Shown here: in pieces, positions 27,301-35,035 of the stretch
Layout: each line of letters begins with the position of its first letter
Position numbering within the stretch: the first letter of the stretch is position 1
Source of the DNA: Dehalococcoidia bacterium
GTDB taxonomy: Bacteria; Chloroflexota; Dehalococcoidia; Lucifugimonadales; CAJWER01
Direction of reading: 5' to 3'
Assembly: GCA_965243655.1 (NCBI GenBank)
Contig: CBDEVV010000017.1
Coordinates: forward strand, 2,275,902-2,339,901
DNA: 64,000 nt
Program-made: the position numbers and the translations under genes
Notes under the pieces: model-generated
The model's input: the letters and a program-made list of their open reading frames with translations, nothing else
Database searches by the model: none
Told to the model about the DNA's origin: nothing

Positions 27301-28635
27301 CCGACGGCGGGAGAACGTGGGTGCGGCAGCAGACAAGCACCGACACCTACATCCTCGGCGTAGACTTCGTCGACGGCTCGACGGGCTGGGCCGTAGGACG
27401 CGACGGCGCTGTCCTGGCCACCACCGACGGAGGGCGGACCTGGACAGCCCAGTCCAGCGACGTGAGCACTACCTTCGCGGCCGTCGACGCAATCACCACC
27501 AAGAGCGCGGTCGCGGTCGGCATTTCCGGTCTCATCATAGCGACGCGCGACGGAGGCGCCACGTGGCAGGTCATGAGAGGGGTCGAGTCCCTCCTCGATC
27601 TGGACTTCATAGATTCCTCCAACGGCTGGGCAGTGGGCACGTTCGGCCTAGTGCTCCACACGCAGGACGGCGGTAAGACATACGAGGAGCTTCCCGCTCC
27701 AACCGACAGGCACCTGCACGGGGTCAAGTTCATCGACGCGGCTGAAGGCTGGGGCGTAGGGGAGAACGGCACGATATTGCGCACCGTGGACGGAGGGAAG
27801 ACCTGGCTGTCACAGGCCAGCGGCGTGGCGGAGACGCTGAGGGGAATCGAGTTCGTAGACTCGAGCACCGGCTGGGCGGTGGGCGACTCAGGCATTGTCC
27901 TGGCGACCACGGACGGAGGCACCACCTGGAGCACCCGGAGGGCGGGGGACGACGCCCTCTTCGGCATCGAGTTCCTGGACGCAAACACAGGGTGGGCAGT
28001 GGGCGAGAACGGGGCGCTCTTCACCACGACCAACGGTGGAGACACCTGGACGGCGTCGTCAAGCGGCACTCCCCGGCATCTGTACGACCTCGATGTCATA
28101 GATCAAGACAGGGTGTGGGCGGTCGGAGCGAACGGCACAGTACTGCACACGTCCAACGGCGGGCAGGTATGGGCGGAGCAGAGAAGCGGCACCAGCGAGG
28201 ACTTGCTCAGCGTGGGATTTGCGAATGCCAAGAGAGGCTGGGCGGTCGGCAGGCGAGGGACGATCATCAGGACAGAGAAGGGCGGAGAGTCATGGAGCCT
28301 CGAGGCGGTCGGAACCCGTCACGACCTCCACAAGGTCCACGTTGTGGACGGGACCACCGCCTTCGCAGTAGGGAACCTGGGCCTGCTCCTGGGATACACC
28401 GGGCGCCCCGATGTCTTCCTGGGTGTGAACCCCTGGGCGATTGTGCTAATCCTTCTCATTACCTTCGCGTCCATCTATCTGTGGAGGCGCCACGTTGCCA
28501 GACCCTTCCAGCGAAGGACTGGTGTAGCTGCAGCGGGCAACTGGCGCACCGGCTGGGCAACGGCGGCCGGCGACAACAGAGGAACAGGGTAGGCGACCCC
28601 CTCCCCGCGGTTAACGCTCAGCACTCGTGGGGGAT
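24298..28635 (+). repeat. Direct tandem duplication, unit about 2.17 kb (about 24298-26466 and 26467-28635)
   Basis: Anchor strings recur at an offset of 2169-2172 nt (GCCATACGG at 24363 vs GCCATACGA at 26532; GTGAACCCCTGGG at 26253 vs 28425). By eye the two units are about 80 percent identical at the nucleotide level. Confidence 0.85.
24348..28592 (+). CDS. 1414-aa membrane protein made of two tandem copies of TM / 13-14 BNR(Asp-box), Ycf48-like propeller blades / TM
   Basis: 26 Asp-box motifs (S/T-x-D/N-G-G-x-x-W, e.g. STSDGGAEWT, GTTDGGTVWT) spaced about 43 aa apart, each preceded by GWAVG-type strands. Four hydrophobic helices: RFTALLLAGASVALVGFIVLLMLL, VNPWVIGLVLLTALASVYLW, RFVALLLVGALATLVGFIVLLMM and VNPWAIVLILLITFASIYLW. 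Confidence 0.8.
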   Translation: MRLQRAIRFTALLLAGASVALVGFIVLLMLLPQAAQVLFDRQQQRIRDHQTEQGQFEAQPVNLYGWSTQSSIATILDVEFVDERTGWAVGTGGEILSTSDGGAEWTTQESGTTLSLHSVSFIDSRTGWIAGDRGLVLGTTDGGTVWTPLTTGTSVPLRGVDFVDASTGWVVDSIGRVLSTSNGGATWTDTQVASASFEGLDFIDRLRGWAVGSSGTVARTTDGGASWDVETFGRELLFDTSFTDAETGWAVGSGGTILGTVDGGGTWVRQYASTDTYMLDVDFVDGSTGWAVGRDGAVLGTTDGGRTWAAQSSGVDVALLSVDAISAKNAVAVGIAGLIMATHDGGSTWQVVRVPEALLDLDFTDFSNGWAVGTLGLVLRTQDGGRTYEELPASTDRRLHGVEFLDSANGWVVGEAGTIMRTVDGGQSWLPQASGVAETLRGVQFIDSSSGWAVGDSGIVLATSDGGVVWRAVRVGNDTLFDVEFLDATTGWAVGENGALFTTTDGGVTWMAAPSGIQQHLYDLDALDQDKIWAVGANGTVLHSPNGGQAWAEQRSGTGEDLLSVGFASAKRGWAVGRRGTIIRTEGGGGSWSLEEVGTRHDLHKVHVVDGTTAFAVGDLGLLLGYTGSPDVFLGVNPWVIGLVLLTALASVYLWRRYVAGPFERGLRQQPRTADRPLQTATRGPDRQPSFALAAGEDNQPRTNGGWGGWSYAAVDALRGRARTGLRPAIRFVALLLVGALATLVGFIVLLMMAPPLFQWRYDQVLQKQQHFRETQQAYYSAQPHNLYGWTTQSSLVTILDVEFIDERTGWAVGSGGKILSTSDGGATWSPQESGTTLSLHSVSFIDGMTGWIAGDGGLALGTTDGGAGWKPLDTSTGAPLRGVDFIDENTGWMVDSMGRVLSTSNGGATWIATQAASASLESLDFIDGLRGWAVGGAGTIASTTDGGANWTAESLGRELLFDASFADADTGWAVGSGGTILSTADGGRTWVRQQTSTDTYILGVDFVDGSTGWAVGRDGAVLATTDGGRTWTAQSSDVSTTFAAVDAITTKSAVAVGISGLIIATRDGGATWQVMRGVESLLDLDFIDSSNGWAVGTFGLVLHTQDGGKTYEELPAPTDRHLHGVKFIDAAEGWGVGENGTILRTVDGGKTWLSQASGVAETLRGIEFVDSSTGWAVGDSGIVLATTDGGTTWSTRRAGDDALFGIEFLDANTGWAVGENGALFTTTNGGDTWTASSSGTPRHLYDLDVIDQDRVWAVGANGTVLHTSNGGQVWAEQRSGTSEDLLSVGFANAKRGWAVGRRGTIIRTEKGGESWSLEAVGTRHDLHKVHVVDGTTAFAVGNLGLLLGYTGRPDVFLGVNPWAIVLILLITFASIYLWRRHVARPFQRRTGVAAAGNWRTGWATAAGDNRGTG

Positions 28636-28690
28636 GCCGGTCCCCCAGTTCTCCATCAAGTCCTGGACAGTTGGGGCGCGTGTCGGGAGA

Positions 28691-28719
28691 TTTCACGTAT
28701 GCAGGCATGATGGTATGAT
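28691..28719 (+). promoter_or_regulatory. Promoter for the second VapBC pair (TTTCAC, 17-nt spacer, TGgTATGAT)
   Basis: Extended -10 read directly. It is followed by RBS AGGAGA and the ATG at 28746. Confidence 0.4.
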
Positions 28720-28745
28720 GTAATGCGTACAGGAGACGGCATGCA

Positions 28746-28994
28746 ATGAGGCGGACCCAGATACAACTGGACGAGGCTACTTACCACCTGGCCCGGCAGA
28801 GGGCATTCGATGAGGGCGTGTCCTTGGCGTCAGTTATCAGGGAGGCGGTCAGCCAGTATCTTGCTCCTGGGCCCGCCGGCGCCCCAACGATAGAGGACCT
28901 GGGATTCGTGGGGATAGGAAGATCGGACCAGGCCGGGTTGAGTCCCGTGTCGGAGCGTCATGACGAAGCCTTGCAAGAGGCGTCCACGCATTGA
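28746..28994 (+). CDS. vapB: Ribbon-helix-helix (CopG/VapB-type) antitoxin
   Basis: 82 aa. MRRTQIQLDEATYHLARQRAFDEGVSLASVIREAV shows an RHH-like pattern. Its stop overlaps the start of the PIN gene (TTGA). Confidence 0.75.
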   Translation: MRRTQIQLDEATYHLARQRAFDEGVSLASVIREAVSQYLAPGPAGAPTIEDLGFVGIGRSDQAGLSPVSERHDEALQEASTH

Positions 28995-29377
28995 TCTTCC
29001 TGGACACCTCGGCAGCCTATGCTATTGCCGATGCCGCCGACCCCAACCATCGAAACGCCTCCTCTCGGCTTCAGGCCACTCTGGAACGGCGCGAGTCGGT
29101 GCTGACCCACAATTACGTCGTACTGGAGAGCGCTGCCCTCATACAGAGCAGGCTTGGACTGCGAGCCGCATTGACGTTCCTTAAGGGCGTGCGGCTCATT
29201 CATGTACACTGGGTGACGCAGGATGAGCACTGGAGTGCGCTGGAGATGCTCGACCGGCGAAACAGACGGGACTTGAGCCTGGTTGACTGCGTCAGCTTTG
29301 TTGTGATGCGGAAGCACGGTCTCACCACGGCGCTGGCTTATGATGCGGACTTCGAGCGCGAGGGGTTCACAACCTAA
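28991..29377 (+). CDS. vapC: PIN-domain toxin VapC
   Basis: 128 aa. (M)IFLDTSA places the acidic residue at position 5, with LVDCVSF and YDADF acidic residues further on. Confidence 0.85.
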   Translation: MIFLDTSAAYAIADAADPNHRNASSRLQATLERRESVLTHNYVVLESAALIQSRLGLRAALTFLKGVRLIHVHWVTQDEHWSALEMLDRRNRRDLSLVDCVSFVVMRKHGLTTALAYDADFEREGFTT

Positions 29378-29401
29378 AGAGAAGGAGAATGGAGTGAGAG
29401 A

Positions 29402-30016
29402 ATGATCTACGAGATAAGGACGTACAACATCAAGCCGGCGATGGTGCCGGACTACCAAACGCGGTTTGCCGAGAAGCTGGAGGGCAGGCTGGAGTTCTCG
29501 CCGCTGGCGGCCCACCTCTATACGGAGATCGGGCCCATCAACCAGGTGGTAGCGATATGGCCCTACGACAGCATTGATGAGCGGAGGCGGATAAGGGCCG
29601 AGGCTGAGGATGCCGGCGTGTGGCCGCCGGACACCGGAGACCTGGTAGTGTCGATGGTGTCGGACCTATACACCCCCGCGCCCTTCATGCGCCCGCTGAG
29701 CCCGCAGAGCGCCGGGCCGATCTACGAGCTGCGCACCTACACCTACCCGCCCGAGGACATCCCAGAGATTCTTCGCGCCTGGGGCGACAGGATCGAGGCC
29801 AGAGAAGGACTGTCTCCGTTGATCGGCTGCTGGTACAGGGAGTCGGGAGGGACAAGCAACTTCACGCACATGTGGGCGTACAACTCGTTCGAGGAGCGCC
29901 TGCGGGTCCGCCAGGAGGCCCGCGACAGGGACATCTGGCCGCCGCCCACCACGGCCAGGCTCGTAACGCAGGACTCGAAGATACTGCTGCCGGCGTCGTT
30001 TTCCCCTCTGCAGTAG
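29402..30016 (+). CDS. NIPSNAP-family protein (two NIPSNAP domains)
   Basis: Internal duplication IYEIRTYNIKP... / IYELRTYTYPP..., each followed by a W.Y.S..ER motif. Confidence 0.8.
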   Translation: MIYEIRTYNIKPAMVPDYQTRFAEKLEGRLEFSPLAAHLYTEIGPINQVVAIWPYDSIDERRRIRAEAEDAGVWPPDTGDLVVSMVSDLYTPAPFMRPLSPQSAGPIYELRTYTYPPEDIPEILRAWGDRIEAREGLSPLIGCWYRESGGTSNFTHMWAYNSFEERLRVRQEARDRDIWPPPTTARLVTQDSKILLPASFSPLQ

Positions 30017-30049
30017 GATGCGGCGACCTTTGCCTGAGGGCTTGGGCCG

Positions 30050-30775
30050 GTGCTGAGGTTCGGCAGCCCAATTAAGGTAGCGCCCGGCCTTGACCAGCTC
30101 AAGGCCCTCGCGTCGCGGGTAACCATCGTCACGGCAGGCGATAGCGCGCTGGTCATAGACACAGGGGCCAAGGGCAGCACCCCCATCGTGCTGTGGGGGC
30201 TCGAAGCGCTGGGGTTCGCGCCGGAGCAGGTGGGGGTCATAGCGATCACGCATCACCATCCCGATCACACCGGAGGGCTCCCTAGGCTCTCCCATGCGAC
30301 GGGGGCCAAGATCGCGGCCCACCGGCTGGACGCCGGTGTCGTAGCCGGGACCGAGCCGAGGCCCGACCCGTATCAGAACGAGTTTGTTGCGGGGGTGACT
30401 CGTCCCATCGTAAGGGCCCTGTACGGCGACGGCGTCGAGGTGGATACGCCCCTAGAGGATGGAGATGTGCTGCCGTTCGAGGAGGAAGTGCGCGTAGTCC
30501 ACGTGCCTGGACATACACCCGGCAGCACCTGCTACTACATCCCTGAGAGGGGAGCTGTGGTCGTGGGCGACGCCCTGCAACGCCGCTTCGGCAAGCTTGG
30601 GCCCCCGTCCGAGCGTGTCACGGCCGACAACCGGATGGCCCGCGAGTCGCTGGAAAGGCTGCTCCCACTGGACTTCCACACGATATGCTTCAGCCACTAC
30701 CCGCCGCTCACCGAGAACGCACACAGAGAGCTGGAGCTTCTGGTCGAGAGAATGTCCGCTGCCGATTTGCGTTGA
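30050..30775 (+). CDS. MBL-fold metallo-hydrolase
   Basis: Motif AITHHHPDHTGG (HxHxDH) with downstream His (HVPGHTPGS) and Asp/His ligands. Confidence 0.85.
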   Translation: MLRFGSPIKVAPGLDQLKALASRVTIVTAGDSALVIDTGAKGSTPIVLWGLEALGFAPEQVGVIAITHHHPDHTGGLPRLSHATGAKIAAHRLDAGVVAGTEPRPDPYQNEFVAGVTRPIVRALYGDGVEVDTPLEDGDVLPFEEEVRVVHVPGHTPGSTCYYIPERGAVVVGDALQRRFGKLGPPSERVTADNRMARESLERLLPLDFHTICFSHYPPLTENAHRELELLVERMSAADLR

Positions 30776-30936
30776 GCTAACCGCCCATGGCGGCGATGCT
30801 GCGAACCACCCGCGTGATGCCCCCTGCTTGTGTCGATCGCGTGTCAGTATTGGCACGCACGGCTCTCCTCGCGATTACAGAGGCCCCCTTCTGCTATTAT
30901 CCGCAACCACTGCGGTCTATTGGTCGGGAGGCCTGA

Positions 30937-33426
30937 ATGACGAAGGACGGTTCGGTAGAGGCGACGCTTGTTGAGTTCTTGAGGGCGCGCGCAGAGCAAT
31001 TTGGCGACCGGGATGCGCTGCTCTTCAGGCCCGGGTTCCGGTACCAGCGCTGGTCATACGCCGACATTTGGGAAGGCGCGGGGCGCATCGCGGCGCTGCT
31101 TCAGTCGCGCGGCCTGTCGAAAGGGGACCGCGCCCTGATCTGGGGGCCTAACTGCCCGCAGTGGGTGTTGGCGATGTTTGGCTGCCTGCGTGCCGGCGTA
31201 GTCGTCGTACCGATCGATCTGCGGAGTCCCCGCGAGTTCGTCGAGAACGTGACGTCCCGGGTGGACGCAAAGCTCTCGTTCGTATCCCGCGTGACACCCA
31301 GCTATCACGGCGAGCTAAGGGTCCCTGAGATCGACTTCGAGGAGCTGGAGGCGCTGTCTGAGGAGATGTCCGAGCCATCCCCCGTGGACATAGGGCCCGA
31401 CGACCTTGCCGAGGTGATGTTCACGTCGGGGACGACGGGAGACCCGAAGGGCGTCATGCTCACGCACCGGAACATCAACGCGAACATAGAGTCGGTCGTC
31501 CAGGTCGCCCCGGGCAAGGCGTCCGACCGCATGATGTCGATCCTGCCGCTGAGTCACATGCTGGAGCAGATGGGCGGTCTGCTGGTGCCGATGAACGCAG
31601 GGGCAAACGTTGCGTACCCGACGGCGCGTCAGGCCACCGTGCTATTTCGGACCATGAAGGAGCGCCGCGTCACGATGATGGTCCTGGTCCCGCAGCTCCT
31701 GGACCTATTCATGAAGGGGATCGAGCGGGAGGTCCGAAGGCAAGGCAAGGAGGCCCTTTGGGCCAAGCTGATGAAGGTCGCGGCGCTCATGCCATTCCCG
31801 GTGCGCCGGGTCATGTTTAGCCAGGTGCACAAGAAGCTAGGGGGCAAACTCTCCTTCATATTCGCCGGGGGCGCACCCCTGGATCCCGACCTGGGGGCCA
31901 AGTGGAACCTGCTCGGCGTCGACGTGGTCCAAGGCTACGGCGCGACCGAGACTTCGCCCGTCATCACGTGCCACTACCAGTCCAGGCCGCGCTACGATTC
32001 GCCGGGGCCGCCGGTGCCCGGCGTCGAGGTGAAGATCGCCAGCGACGGCGAGGTGCTCGTGCGCGGCGAGAACGTGACGCAGGGGTACTGGAACGCGCCC
32101 GAGGCCACCGCGTCCTCATTCGAGGACGGCTGGTACAAGACGGGCGACCAGGGTGAGTTCGACGAGGAAGGCTACCTGCACCTGAAAGGGCGAAAGAAGG
32201 ACATGATAGTCCTCAGCAGCGGCCTGAACGTCTACCCGGAGGACATCGAGGCGATGCTGGTCAAGCACGAGGCGGTGGAAGATGCCGCTGTCGTAGGACT
32301 TCCGCGCCAGTCCGGCCCGGAGGTGCATGCCGCGCTGCTCGTACCGGACGCCGGTCGAGCCTCCGATGCGGTTGCCTGGGCCAACGGCATGCTGGCGGAA
32401 CACCAGCGGGTGCGCGGATTCACCGTCTGGCCGGACGAGGACTTCCCGCGCACCCACACCCTGAAGGTCAAGAAGGCAATGCTCACCGACATGCTGCTCA
32501 GCGAGGGCGAAGGGGAGTCCGACTCCCCGGCGCGCCAGCCCACGGCCCAGGAGGGGCCGTCGCTGGCGGGGATCATCGCCGAGGTCGCCGAGGTTCCGGT
32601 TGCCCAGGTTGCCGGCGAGAAGACGCTCGACGGCGACCTCGACATGGACTCACTGAAGCGGGTGGAGCTGCTGTCGGCTATCGAAGAGGAGCTTGGCGTT
32701 TACCTGGAAGAGTCTGCGATGGAGCAGGGCACCACGGTCGCCGCCCTGGCAAAGATGGTGGACGAGGGCTCCCGGACGCCCGAGGAGAGGAAGTTCGTAC
32801 GGTGGGGGATGAGCTGGTGGTGCAGGCCGCTTCGAGGCGCGCTACAGCGCGTCGTGATATTCCCGGTGCTCAGGCTGCTGTACGGTTTCAGGGTGGTGGG
32901 AGCTTCGAGGATAGAGGACCTGGAAGGACCCGTGCTGTTTGCGGCGAACCACTGCCTGCGGCTCGACAACGGCCTGCTCATCAAGGCCATGCCGCTGCGC
33001 CATCGCAGGCGGCTTGCCATCGCCGCATGGGAGGAGTTGTGGGAGAACCCCGCATATCGCATTACCCACCCGCTCATCGGCAACGGCTTCCCGTTCTCGA
33101 AGGAGGGAGCGGTGCGCGCGAGCCTGGAGAACATGGGCCGCATACTCGACGACGGGTGGTCGGTGCTCATCTATCCCGAGGGCGAGCTGACGGTCGGCGG
33201 CCCCATGCAGCCCTTCAGAGGGGGCACGGGCCTGGTGGCCCTTGAGTCGGGCATACCCGTCGTGCCCGTCAAGCTGGAGGTCCTGAAGATCGGCTCGCCC
33301 ACGGGCTTCCCGTTGTTCAGCAGGGGGAGCGTGGAGGTGCGCTTCGGCTCTCCCATCACCTTCGAGCGCGGCACGACCTACGAAGAGGCTACTGCAGTGC
33401 TCGAAGGGGCAGTCAGGGCGCTGTAG
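30937..33426 (+). CDS. Tri-domain fusion of an AMP-dependent acyl ligase, a phosphopantetheine carrier domain and a PlsC/LPLAT-type acyltransferase
   Basis: Adenylation motifs MFTSGTTGDPKGV, GYGATETS and YKTGDQGEFDEEGYLHLKGRKKD. Carrier motif LDMDSLKRVELLSAIEE. Acyltransferase motifs ANHCLRLD (HX4D), IYPEGELT and PVVPV. Confidence 0.85.
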   Translation: MTKDGSVEATLVEFLRARAEQFGDRDALLFRPGFRYQRWSYADIWEGAGRIAALLQSRGLSKGDRALIWGPNCPQWVLAMFGCLRAGVVVVPIDLRSPREFVENVTSRVDAKLSFVSRVTPSYHGELRVPEIDFEELEALSEEMSEPSPVDIGPDDLAEVMFTSGTTGDPKGVMLTHRNINANIESVVQVAPGKASDRMMSILPLSHMLEQMGGLLVPMNAGANVAYPTARQATVLFRTMKERRVTMMVLVPQLLDLFMKGIEREVRRQGKEALWAKLMKVAALMPFPVRRVMFSQVHKKLGGKLSFIFAGGAPLDPDLGAKWNLLGVDVVQGYGATETSPVITCHYQSRPRYDSPGPPVPGVEVKIASDGEVLVRGENVTQGYWNAPEATASSFEDGWYKTGDQGEFDEEGYLHLKGRKKDMIVLSSGLNVYPEDIEAMLVKHEAVEDAAVVGLPRQSGPEVHAALLVPDAGRASDAVAWANGMLAEHQRVRGFTVWPDEDFPRTHTLKVKKAMLTDMLLSEGEGESDSPARQPTAQEGPSLAGIIAEVAEVPVAQVAGEKTLDGDLDMDSLKRVELLSAIEEELGVYLEESAMEQGTTVAALAKMVDEGSRTPEERKFVRWGMSWWCRPLRGALQRVVIFPVLRLLYGFRVVGASRIEDLEGPVLFAANHCLRLDNGLLIKAMPLRHRRRLAIAAWEELWENPAYRITHPLIGNGFPFSKEGAVRASLENMGRILDDGWSVLIYPEGELTVGGPMQPFRGGTGLVALESGIPVVPVKLEVLKIGSPTGFPLFSRGSVEVRFGSPITFERGTTYEEATAVLEGAVRAL

Positions 33427-33485
33427 AATGACCGTTAGCCGAGCACTGAATCACGGCGCTGTCTGTTCAATGGAGGCAATTCGCA

Positions 33486-33695
33486 ATGAATCTGCGTAAC
33501 ACGGTTCACGCGATCATTTCGCAAGGAGACCTCTATTTCGTTGCGGAATGCATGGAGATTCCTGTTGTCACGCAGGGCCTAACTGTAGATGAGACCCTGG
33601 CAAATCTCAAAGAGGCTATGGCTCTGCACCTGGAAGACGAAGATCTTGGTGAACTCGGGCTTGTCCCCAGCCCAACACTATCGGTCCTCACATAG
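33486..33695 (+). CDS. HicB-like antitoxin (UPF0150 fold). Orphan.
   Basis: 69 aa. YFVAECMEIPVVTQGLTVDETLANLKEAMALHLED fits the HicB N-domain pattern (Y.A...E.PG..TQG.T.EEA..N..EA....LE). GC is visibly lower than in neighbouring genes. I could not read a HicA frame on either side. Confidence 0.6.
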   Translation: MNLRNTVHAIISQGDLYFVAECMEIPVVTQGLTVDETLANLKEAMALHLEDEDLGELGLVPSPTLSVLT

Positions 33696-34281
33696 TGTCG
33701 TCTCGGGCTGACTCCGGCTGGCCGTTACGGTATTGGACTCTGCTCTTGGCGAGCACCGCTCCTGCGCCGGCTAGGGTGATGACGGCCCCGACTGGGTCGT
33801 CGTGAAGCCACCAGCCTATGGGGGCGGCTGCGAGGAAGAATACGAGACCCGAGTAACCGGCGTTCTTCGTTAACTTCACGCAGACGAGGGCGACGGGCGC
33901 GGCTGCGAGCGCGCCGAATGGGATTAGCCCCACGCCCGCGCCCATCGCGACCACCATGCCGGTGCCGCCGCGGAACCCCCAGAAAACCGGCAGGAAGTGC
34001 CCGGCGAGAACTCCAGCGGTCCCGGCGACGCCGGCCCAGGCGGACAGGTCGAGCAGGAGCGCGGGCAGGGTCGCGGCCAGGCCCTTGGCGAGGTCGAGCG
34101 CCATAACGGCGGCCGCGTACTTCGGCCCCATTTCACGGAAAATGTTGGCCGCGCCGGGGTTGCCGGTGCCCGTGTCTCTAATGGGAAACCCGGCCAGGCG
34201 AGCCACGATGTCGCCGAATGACACGGAGCCCAGCAGATAGGCCGCGCAAGCCCATAGAACGTACACCAGGGGCGTGTCCAT
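33688..34281 (-). CDS. plsY: Glycerol-3-phosphate acyltransferase PlsY
   Basis: 197 aa. YLLGSVSFGDIVAR...GTGNPGAANIFR...LDLAKG...GHFLPVF.GFRGG. I trimmed the track ORF (345 aa) to the ATG at 34281, which is preceded by GGAGAAG. Confidence 0.9.
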   Translation of the reverse strand: MDTPLVYVLWACAAYLLGSVSFGDIVARLAGFPIRDTGTGNPGAANIFREMGPKYAAAVMALDLAKGLAATLPALLLDLSAWAGVAGTAGVLAGHFLPVFWGFRGGTGMVVAMGAGVGLIPFGALAAAPVALVCVKLTKNAGYSGLVFFLAAAPIGWWLHDDPVGAVITLAGAGAVLAKSRVQYRNGQPESARDDTM

Positions 34282-34399
34282 CTCTTCTCCTCGCAGCGAA
34301 CGTGCGGGATTGTACCCGATTCCAGGTCGCACATCGGCAGACAGGCCGGTCGCACGATACAATGTCGCGCATGGAGTGCCCACTGCCAGGCGTACTGCG

Positions 34400-35035
34400 A
34401 TGACGGTCGGAGCCGTTCTCTTCGACGCGGACGGTGTCCTCCAGCACCAGCATCTCACGCTGCACGCTCTGCTGAGCGACGTCCTGTCGCTGCCGCCCGA
34501 AGATGTGGAGGAGCGGTACCACGAAGTGTGGGAGGCGGAGGGTCCGATGCTGACGGGACAGGGCGATTTCGTGGAGACGATGTCGGGCCTGTTGGCTAGT
34601 TGGGGCAGGCCGGGGCACGTCGATACGTTCGTCCAGGCATCCATGGACATACGGACAGACGAGGCCGTCGCGAGCATCGTCCGTGAACTGCGCGGCGACG
34701 GAGTCTTCTGCTGCCTGGCCAGCAATCAAATGCGGTACAGGGCGCGCTACATGTCCGAGGACCTCGGCTACCGCAGGCTGTTCGATAGGGAGTTCTACTC
34801 GTGCGACATCGGGCACAAGAAGCCCGAAGCGGCGTACTTCCTGGCGATACTGGCGGACCTCGAGCTATCACCCGACCAGGTACTCTTCATCGACGACAAT
34901 GAGGCCAACGTGGCCGCTGCCCTCGGCCTGGGCATGAACGCCGCACTCTTCCAGCCCGGGCCAGGGGTCGAGCCGAGGTCGCTGATGCGATCCATACTGT
35001 CGGAGCACGGCCTGGAGGTGGACGACCAGCCATGA
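34400..35035 (+). CDS. HAD-superfamily hydrolase
   Basis: Motif I FDADGVL and motif IV FIDDNEANV. I trimmed the start to the ATG at 34400 (MTVGAVLFDADG). Confidence 0.8.
   Translation: MTVGAVLFDADGVLQHQHLTLHALLSDVLSLPPEDVEERYHEVWEAEGPMLTGQGDFVETMSGLLASWGRPGHVDTFVQASMDIRTDEAVASIVRELRGDGVFCCLASNQMRYRARYMSEDLGYRRLFDREFYSCDIGHKKPEAAYFLAILADLELSPDQVLFIDDNEANVAAALGLGMNAALFQPGPGVEPRSLMRSILSEHGLEVDDQP

Noticed and set aside
24540-28400. Highly regular ~129-nt periodic repeats that could be mistaken for a CRISPR-like or satellite array
   Set aside because: They are in-frame protein repeats (Asp-box blades) of variable sequence within one long ORF. There are no identical direct repeats separated by unique spacers.
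33427-33900. Search for a HicA toxin partner next to the HicB-like gene
   Set aside because: Upstream there are only 59 nt. Downstream, the plus-strand frames are antisense to plsY and show no HicA-like pattern (no GSH motif).
33688-34725. 345-aa version of the plsY ORF. Analogous upstream extensions occur at 43281-43532, 44435-44500, 34274-34399, 52640-52750, 12620-12661 and 37430-37483.
   Set aside because: The extensions overlap neighbouring genes or repeats and lack family similarity. Internal starts with an RBS or stop-start coupling give proteins of canonical length.
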